From assembly GCF_000143415.4 (NCBI RefSeq), contig NW_003314728.1:1-5427 (forward strand): a DNA stretch of 5,427 bases, read 5' to 3'. A program made the translations under genes and the position numbers. Within the stretch, counting starts at the first letter, position 1; the number at the start of each line of letters is the position of its first letter. Positions 1 to 5,427 of this stretch are shown here, in pieces. The notes beneath the pieces are model-generated. The model was not told the origin of the DNA and did no database searches. It was given only the letters and a program-made list of their open reading frames with translations. The stretch comes from Selaginella moellendorffii (taxonomy: Eukaryota; Plantae; Lycopodiophyta).

Positions 1-1794
1 TTTGGTGTGTGAGTGTGTTGATGCACACTGCTGGTGCATGAATCGCACTGTGGACGGATGGAAGACATCTCCCGGGCCCTCTGAAGAAACTAAAAAACTA
101 TACCAAGTTAAACAACCATTTGAAGGGGAAAGTCCTAAGAACTAAAAGCAAAGAGAAACCATACCACATTTCCAACACAAACAACATCGATGTCCTTGTT
201 GCGCCCAAAAGTTACTACACCACCGAGAGCGAGCTTTTCACCATGTCCGCAAACCTGGAGAAATCGCAGGATCAAAACGCTTTCATCGTCTCATTCATTC
301 GCTGTCAGTGTTTTTACCTCGTTCTTCCATTTTTTAAACTTGCTTGCTTCCACTAGCTACGTTGATCCAAGGCACACCATCATCCACGTTCAAGCGCTCT
401 CCTTCCTGCCGTGTAAGATGCAAATTCATGGATTAAACAAAGTTTCTACGAGCCAAGTCACAACACATGCTTGGAGAGATCGGATCGGCTCTTCAAAGCT
501 TTTTGACAGCCGCTTCGAGAAAACACTCGCAAGGATAAGGGAAGCTCATTCGACACACAAAAAGTATGCAAGCCAAGCAAGACAGAAGAAAAAAACACTT
601 TGCTCACGAGCGTTCCTGGCTCTACCAACACGAGTGACAAATCCATGGTCACAACTTAAGGCTCTTCGCTCTTGGCACTTTTGCTGGCTGGAGCAGCTTG
701 TTTACGATTAAACAAGGCTAGTGCTGGTTGGAAGGTCACGCTCATTGACAAAGGCATGTTGAGCGAGAAAATGATGAACATGGGGTGCCAATGGGACCAG
801 AAACTTCCATGCTTTGCTGTAGGATTAGGCAACGATTACATACCTCACCTTGTTTTAGCCTTGTTCTTCGCTTGTGTTCTGTTCGTTTCTCTCGAGTTCC
901 CATGCCTGCCTGTTAAAAGAAGAAAAACAAAGGAAGTTTAGATGGTGATCTTAGTGGAACTCATAAGCGGGTGGCAAGTGGAGCTCAAAAACAATGATGG
1001 ATGTAATCACGAGGAGGAGAATAAAAAGACTATAACGAGACAGAAACGCTGCTCTGCATGGACCCAGAAAAGCTTAGTTTTGTCCTGGAGCATCCAGGAA
1101 GACTGTAAAAACTACGCTGGCTGCGAGAACTAAACAAACGCGAGAGCTTACGAGCCCACGTTCTCGACACAAAAACTAACCTCGAAACGCTGGTGGTTGG
1201 GAGGCACCGCAAGCTCCCCGCCTCTACAAAAGCAAAAAAGCCTAGCGTTAGTGCAAGGTAGTCGAGCAAGCATGCACGGGCCAGCAGCATAAGAAGAGAA
1301 AAAAACGCGAAAAGTGAAAGAGAAAAGAAGAGTGCTCACCATGGATGGCTGCTGCTGTGCTGGTGTCTATCCATTCAAGGAGATGTTGCCATCGTTACGG
1401 TTTTAAAATGCGGGTCAAAACGGGGTCTCACCTTGTTTTTGTTCCTGGAGGGTGAGGACGACTTGTGTGAAGGAGCAACAACGTAAAAAATGAAGAGGAT
1501 CACCTTTGTGCGGGATATACCAGCGCCTATCGAATACCGTGACCCGACGTTTCAGGAATTGGCAGCAGCCGAAAGTGTCCGACTTAACAGCGGAGAAAGC
1601 TCAGCCTGCCAGAAGGGAAATCTTTGTTAGTTACTGATAAGAAAGAAAGACAACAACGCAACCTGAGATGGAAGTGAAAGTAAAACAAGTCGTTTCTCTA
1701 AAACAGTAGCGTCAGTCAGTCGAGCATTCAATCGTTCCCATGACTGTTTCCCATGACTATGGAGCTTTGTCTTGGAGCTGTAAATCCGACTCAC
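1..1794 (-). other. Putative multi-exon gene body or decayed gene of unknown product, downstream of the PPR fragment
   Basis: Series of minus-strand GT...AG pairs with T-rich interiors. Candidate introns: 255-317 (63 nt), 1121-1180 (60), 1224-1339 (116), 1367-1431 (65), 1445-1503 (59). Further donors at 164, 607, 848 and 1794. Exon 165-254 reads open as VCGHGEKLALGGVVTFGRNKDIDVVCVGNV. I could not assemble a continuous frame or recognise a family. Confidence 0.35.
1734..1758. repeat. Short tandem duplication (TTCCCATGACT x2, period 13)
   Basis: TTCCCATGACT at 1735-1745 and 1748-1758; overlaps the stop codon of the unspliced PPR ORF (1757-1759). Confidence 0.75.
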
Positions 1795-2152
1795 CTCGCG
1801 CATAGATGTTGGACATGAGAGAGTACGCGGAGCCTGTTCCATCGTCGAGCTTGAGAACCGACTGGAAAGCCATCCTGCCAAGCTCCACATCTCTCCACTT
1901 GAGGCATGAACTTAACAGCGCCGTCCACAGCACCGTGTCCGCCTTGCAAGGCATCGCCTCCACGGTCTTGAGCGCTTCGTCTAGCCGATTTGCCCGGCAC
2001 AGAAGATCCACCAAGCAAGTGTAGTGCTGGACGTTTGGAGCCACTCCATACTCGCTGCTCATGGCCTCGAAGAACTCGCGTCCCTTGTCAACCAGCCCGG
2101 CGTGGCTGCATGCCGTGAGCAGCGAGACAAAGGTGAACGCACCGTGAAGCAC
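1757..2152 (-). pseudogene. PLS-class pentatricopeptide repeat (PPR) protein C-terminal fragment (L2-S2-E1-partial E2), 5'-truncated, no E+/DYW
   Basis: Canonical motifs: TFVSLLTACSHAGLVDKGREFFEAMSSEYGVAPN (L2), VQHYTCLVDLLCRANRLDEA...MPCKAD (S2), VLWTALLSSC...VELGRMAF (E1), AYSLMSNIYAR (E2 start). Homology spans ~1795-2140. There is no ATG, an in-frame TAA lies a few codons upstream of 2152, and no upstream P/L/S repeats are visible. Confidence 0.85.
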
Positions 2153-2166
2153 CGAGACGATGAACG
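2113..2166. repeat. Imperfect tandem duplication at the 5' breakpoint of the PPR fragment
   Basis: CCGTGA-GCAGCGAGACAAAGGTGAACG (2113-2139) versus CCGTGAAGCACCGAGAC---GATGAACG (2142-2166). Confidence 0.7.
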
Positions 2167-2431
2167 TACATTGTTAGCGAGATCACTGCAGGGTTCATAG
2201 CAAAAGCGAATAGTGAATACCAATCTTGGAGGCTCTTTGTATTCGAAAATGAAGAGCCAAACTCATCATGGAGACTAGCCTCCTCTCGACTTTACTTCCA
2301 CCCTGAAAAGAAAACACGATAGATCATTCATTATAAAGCATAGACAATAGTACCTGGATCGTGGCTTGTAGAGAACTATCAGAGCTGGGGAATGGCACCG
2401 CATTGTGCGCATTTCTCGCGAGACCTCGAGG

Positions 2432-2450
2432 AACCCTAAATTAAACCCTA
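2432..2450 (+). promoter_or_regulatory. Telo-box pair (AACCCTAAA, AAACCCTA)
   Basis: Plant telomere-like motifs at 2432-2440 and 2443-2450, 40 nt upstream of ATG 2490. Telo-boxes are common near plant transcription starts and in 5' UTRs. Confidence 0.5.
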
Positions 2451-2545
2451 GACCCTCTTCTCAAAGCGGGAAATATTTTCTGGAAAGAAATGGAGATCGC
2501 AGAGAATCACATCGATGTCTCTCAATCGAGGATGAATCGAGAGAC

Positions 2546-2599
2546 AACGACGAGCACGACAAGCGCGACGAGCGCGACGAGCGCGACGAGCGCGACGAG
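2546..2599 (+). repeat. 9-bp tandem repeat (CGCGACGAG)4 plus two degenerate units
   Basis: Perfect units start at 2564, 2573, 2582 and 2591; AACGACGAG and CACGACAAG at 2546-2563. Encodes (RDE)n in the + membrane-protein frame. Confidence 0.95.
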
Positions 2600-2970
2600 G
2601 ACAATCATGAGCAGCGCATCGACCAGGCCACATCGGTCGTGCGATTCATTGCGGCCTCCCTGGGGCTCGTCACGCTCGCCATTGTCTCCGGCCAGCTCGC
2701 TGTCGGCCTGCTGGTGCTCGGCCGCGACCCGATCTCGCTTGTTCTGGAAATCGTCTTCGCCCTGGTCTGGTTCTCCGTGCTTGCGTGCTGGATTGCACAA
2801 GAAATGTGGATGATCAAGCAAGAACCAGAAGAGGATCAACCTGCTGCAGCCGCCTCCCACTCCATCTGGAGCAATGCGTTGCGTCGCTCTTGCACAACCG
2901 AAATTTCGCGTGGATTCTTCGCGGGCGTCCTCCTCTTCCCCTTCTTGTCACTTGGATTCGCCATATCTCC

Positions 2971-3006
2971 CTCGATCGATCGCTCGCTCGCTCGCTCGCT
3001 TGCTCG
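2971..3006. repeat. Tetranucleotide microsatellite (CTCG/ATCG)9
   Basis: ctcg atcg atcg ctcg ctcg ctcg ctcg cttg ctcg. Confidence 0.9.
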
Positions 3007-3072
3007 GGCTCTCACAAACACAATAAACTCCTAAAGTGAACGAAGGCACTTTAAAACGAAATTCTTCCCGCG

Positions 3073-3084
3073 CGCCACGTGGCG
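3073..3084. promoter_or_regulatory. Perfect palindromic G-box (CGCCACGTGGCG)
   Basis: 12-bp palindrome containing GCCACGTGGC, the high-affinity plant bZIP G-box. Function untested. Confidence 0.4.
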
Positions 3085-3121
3085 GGAGCTCGGCAGCGTA
3101 AAAGGGGCGATGGAGATTGGG

Positions 3122-3130
3122 ATTAGGGTT
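3122..3130 (-). promoter_or_regulatory. Telo-box-like motif (AACCCTAAT on the minus strand)
   Basis: ATTAGGGTT on the + strand, ~40 nt from the G-box. Confidence 0.3.
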
Positions 3131-3280
3131 GTGGGATCTCGCGGCGCTGAGGAGAGCTGCTCATCCACCAAGCAATTCCTGGCGCAGAGACTCTAGCGAG
3201 CCGGAGCTTCCACAGCGTTTTCGCGAGAATGCTGCAAGCTTTGACTGTCGCCAACAATCTGGAGAGCAGTTTTGCGTCAC

Positions 3281-4277
3281 CATGGCATCGACGCTGTTCA
3301 CAATGTCTATCAAGCCTTGGATCGGCCGGGTAAGCAAGAGCAAGCCTACTCGATATCTCTTCTCTTACGGATTTTCCTTGTTTATCGAGATGAACTTAGT
3401 GTTTGTTTTCTAGCCAAGCGATTTGCTTTTTTTCTTTTCTGATCCCAAGTCTTTGTTTTCCAGGTTTGCCAGGATCCAAGATGGGGCCGATGCTTCAGGA
3501 GATGCTACAGCGAGAAGCCGCAGCTCGTCAAGGCTATGACGACGATTATCTCGGGGCTTCAAGGTGAGGCCCCTGCCAAAGGAGTTCTATGCGTCGGAGA
3601 ATGACCAAGAGTTCTTACAACTTTTTCTTTTGGTTTTCCTAGCTGCGGCTTGCTCCAAGCACTATGAACTGTGCCAACAGGAATTCGTGATCCCTGATTG
3701 GCAAGGCATTGACAGGATCACAAAACCCGGCACATACTTACACAGTTCTCGTCTCAGTGGAATTGACATGGTGAGAAATGCGTGCTTCTTCTCTCCCAGT
3801 TTACCAACCGGAGCTCTCTTTTTTCTACTCGTTTCTCCAGAAGATAATGACTTCTTGCTTCATCATGGTGCCCCGTACGAGTACACCAAGTTCATCGGCA
3901 CTCTGACGTCTCTGGTGAAGGAAGGTTTCATCTCCATGGACAGGATTGATGACACGGTGCGGAGACTTCGCTTTGTGATGTTCTCGGCAGGTTTGATCGG
4001 CGTAAGCGGCCCTCGAAGCTCAAACTTTCGGATTTTTATACGTAAGCTTTCCTGCTAGGCTCACAGAGATCACTGAGCAAAACAGCCTCGAAGGCCCTCG
4101 TTGCTGGCAGCAATCTCGGGAATCAATGGCTCCTCGTCGGTGAAAGGTGACTTTGTGATCGTCGTGGTCGTACACAAAGACCCACCCACAGGACGGAGCC
4201 AATGCGATCGTCTGGTTCTCTTGAAAAACGGCAAGGATGCCAAGTATCCGCTGCTGCCCGTGGCTGCTAAGACGATC
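3281..4277 (+). pseudogene. Glycoside hydrolase family 3 (beta-glucosidase / beta-D-glucan exohydrolase-like) pseudogene, intron-containing, multiply deleted and scrambled
   Basis: Recognisable plant GH3 blocks: HGIDAVHNVYQA (3281-3316); VCQDPRWGRC..YSEKPQLVKAMTTIISGLQGEAPAKGV (from 3464, TGA at 3602-3604); AACSKHY (3645-3665); FVIPDWQGIDRIT (nucleophile Asp codon 3696-3698); SGIDM followed by a GT donor at 3771; IMVP/YEYTKFIGTLTSLVKEGFISMDRIDDTVRRLRFVMFSAGL (3862-~3995, frameshift ~3874); AHRD (4059); LSKTASKALVAGSNLGNQ (4073-4126); DFVIVVV; LVLLKNGKDAKYPLLP (4212-4259). Confidence 0.92.
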
Positions 4278-4319
4278 TCGCGTTATTTTTTATGACACGT
4301 CCTCAAAAGGTATGGTTGT

Positions 4320-4341
4320 GATCCTTTTGGTCAAAGGGATC
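4320..4341. repeat. Inverted repeat / hairpin near the GC-to-AT boundary
   Basis: GATCCTTTTG-gt-CAAAGGGATC: 10-bp arms with one G.T mismatch. Confidence 0.6.
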
Positions 4342-4354
4342 TACCAAAAAAAGG

Positions 4355-4361
4355 TATAAAT
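4355..4361 (+). promoter_or_regulatory. Candidate TATA box (TATAAAT) for the tandem protease gene
   Basis: TATAAAT starts 40 nt upstream of ATG 4395. Confidence 0.4.
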
Positions 4362-4383
4362 TCCCCCTCCAGGATTTTGTAAA

Positions 4384-4393
4384 TTTAGGGTTT
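4384..4393 (-). promoter_or_regulatory. Telo-box / plant telomeric repeat unit (TTTAGGGTTT; AAACCCTAAA on the minus strand)
   Basis: Exact 10-mer ending 1 nt before ATG 4395. Confidence 0.45.
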
Positions 4394-4394
4394 G

Positions 4395-5237
4395 ATGGCA
4401 GAAGCTTTTGGAAGGTTATATGGGGATCAAGGGTTGGAGAAGAAAATCAATGTTCTTTGGGATTCTGGTAGTGAGTGTGATTTTATTTCAGAAAGACTAG
4501 TCAACGAATTTAATATTACTGTGGATATTAATTCACGGGTTAAAGATTTCAAGTTCATGGTGGAAGATTGTGAATTGAAAACAACTCTGACTGTCCTACC
4601 AGTGATTCTTGATCACGACATAATTTTAGGTTCACCTTGGATGCATCAACATTGCTTAAAATTGGATTGCAGTGGCAATATAAATAATCTAACTTTTGAG
4701 GTAAATGGTATTATATATTGCCTCAGGGGTAATTACAATTTATTCAAGTCTAGAAAATACAAAAGAATAAATCAGCATATATGTCCTCCTTTTTACGACG
4801 TGGAGTATAAGGGGAGAATCAATGATCATCAAATCAGAATTGAATTAGATAATGGTTGTGATATATCAGCTATATCACTTGATCTTCTTAAGAAACTTGG
4901 AATTAAAGCAGTTCAGAATCAGAAGTATTTTGGGAAAAGGTTAACTGCAAAAGTTCAACTAAAATATGGTTATGGAGCTGAGAATTTATTTTATAACTTG
5001 GGAGGTTTTTCAGAAAGTAGAACTTTTCTTGGTATAGTAGATTATTCAGAGAGCATATATCTTGGGATGGACTGGCTTAAGAAACACTCAGCAGTAATTG
5101 ATTATAGAAATCATACTGTTACTTTTAGAAGTGAATTGGGCTGGTGGTATAGATTTCAATATCCACATGGTATATATGAAGTGAGTAAAGATAAATTTAC
5201 AGAGGAGATGAGTAGTTTATGTTGGTGCTTAGTTTAA
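4395..5237 (+). CDS. Tandem two-domain retropepsin-like (Ty3/gypsy-type) aspartic protease, 280 aa, intronless
   Basis: Open frame from ATG 4395 (ATGGCA context) to TAA 5237 in ~30% GC DNA. Domain 1: INVLW-DSG-SECDFISERLV (DSG 4461-4469)...DHDIILGSPWMHQHCLKLD...LTF. Domain 2: GRINDHQIRIEL-DNG-CDISAISLDLLKKLGI (DNG 4848-4856)...IYLGMDWLKKHSAVIDYRNHTVTF. Both match the retropepsin pattern of hydrophobic-D[ST]G-A/S...FIS followed by ILGxxWL...ID...VTF. Confidence 0.88.
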   Translation: MAEAFGRLYGDQGLEKKINVLWDSGSECDFISERLVNEFNITVDINSRVKDFKFMVEDCELKTTLTVLPVILDHDIILGSPWMHQHCLKLDCSGNINNLTFEVNGIIYCLRGNYNLFKSRKYKRINQHICPPFYDVEYKGRINDHQIRIELDNGCDISAISLDLLKKLGIKAVQNQKYFGKRLTAKVQLKYGYGAENLFYNLGGFSESRTFLGIVDYSESIYLGMDWLKKHSAVIDYRNHTVTFRSELGWWYRFQYPHGIYEVSKDKFTEEMSSLCWCLV

Positions 5238-5282
5238 TTAAGCACTTATTGTAGCAATTTAATTCACAAAATTATTCACTAA

Positions 5283-5288
5283 AATAAA
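5283..5288 (+). terminator. Candidate polyadenylation signal AATAAA
   Basis: AATAAA 46 nt downstream of the protease stop codon, in an AT-rich 3' region where such a motif can arise by chance. Confidence 0.35.
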
Positions 5289-5381
5289 TCTATATTATGA
5301 GTGCACCACCTCACACTAGAATTCTTATTTGCATAGATAGAAATAATTGTGTTTTGTGGTGAGAGAAGGGAACTTTCAAGC

Positions 5382-5400
5382 GGGGGAGGAAAGAGGGAAG
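5382..5400 (+). other. 19-nt polypurine tract
   Basis: GGGGGAGGAAAGAGGGAAG followed by TTGCA. Confidence 0.4.
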
Positions 5401-5427
5401 TTGCACTTGCCCTGGGAAGTGAAGGCA

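Larger units (their letters stand above)
2490..3034 (+). pseudogene. Frameshifted orphan membrane-protein gene (charged N-terminal repeat plus 2-3 hydrophobic segments)
   Basis: ATG 2490 (aaaATGG) gives MEIAENHIDV. Removing one TC from TCTCTC (2518-2523) joins it to the 2405-3034 frame: SIEDESRDNDEHDK(RDE)4...FIAASLGLVTLAIVSGQLAVGLLVLG...ISLVLEIVFALVWFSVLACWIA...GFFAGVLLFPFLSLGFAI. Codon third positions are GC-rich. Family not recognised. Confidence 0.45.

Noticed and set aside
1083-1099. 7-bp inverted repeat TCCTGGA-gca-TCCAGGA
   Set aside because: Short enough to occur by chance and has no supporting context.
1262-1292. GCACGGGC resembling a Helitron 3' hairpin arm
   Set aside because: No complementary arm and no downstream CTRR terminus; CTAG at 5316-5319 also lacks a convincing GC-rich hairpin.
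120-1342. Listed short ORFs (120-356, 190-711, 458-652, 672-941, 942-1133, 1030-1290, 1148-1342)
   Set aside because: Several have non-ATG starts, none has a recognisable motif, and they run through or antisense to predicted minus-strand introns.
1627-2024. ORFs 1627-1890(-), 1791-2018(-) and 1806-2024(+)
   Set aside because: Alternative-frame or antisense shadows of the GC-rich PPR coding sequence.
2546-2599. CRISPR-like array
   Set aside because: Head-to-tail 9-mers without spacers, in a eukaryotic context.
2448-2860. ORFs with (ATS)n, (RRA)n or (VAL)n repeats, including 2490-2813(+) and 2522-2860(-)
   Set aside because: Other-frame readings of the 9-bp repeat in stop-poor GC-rich DNA; only the first ~10 codons of 2490-2813 are used in my model.
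3564-4295. ORFs 3564-4058 and 4101-4295 as functional GH3 proteins
   Set aside because: They read through intron remnants and lack large essential parts of the fold; they are pseudogene pieces.
4395-5237. Assignment as DDI1, a pepsin-family (A1) plant protease or an intact gypsy gag-pol
   Set aside because: No UBL/UBA domains or DDI1-type FVDSGAQ motif; no signal peptide or A1-type DTGS context; no gag, RT or integrase in frame or nearby.

Overview
Eukaryotic land-plant nuclear DNA. The short (~60 nt) GT-AG introns, PLS-class PPR motifs, plant GH3 motifs and telo-boxes suggest a compact genome such as a lycophyte like Selaginella (inference only). From 1 to ~4280 the window is a GC/CpG-rich mosaic of broken gene pieces: an unidentified minus-strand multi-exon region (1-1794), a 5'-truncated PLS-E PPR fragment (1757-2152, -), a frameshifted orphan membrane-protein ORF (2490-3034, +), and a heavily deleted, scrambled GH3 beta-glucosidase/exoglucanase pseudogene (3281-4277, +). 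After a sharp compositional boundary at ~4285 comes the most notable feature: an intact, intronless, AT-rich, CpG-depleted 280-codon ORF (4395-5237, +). It encodes TWO tandem Ty3/gypsy-like retropepsin domains (DSG and DNG motifs) and no gag/RT/integrase, and it is flanked by a TATA-like box and AATAAA. It is a candidate stand-alone, single-chain pseudo-dimeric aspartic protease derived from a retrotransposon.
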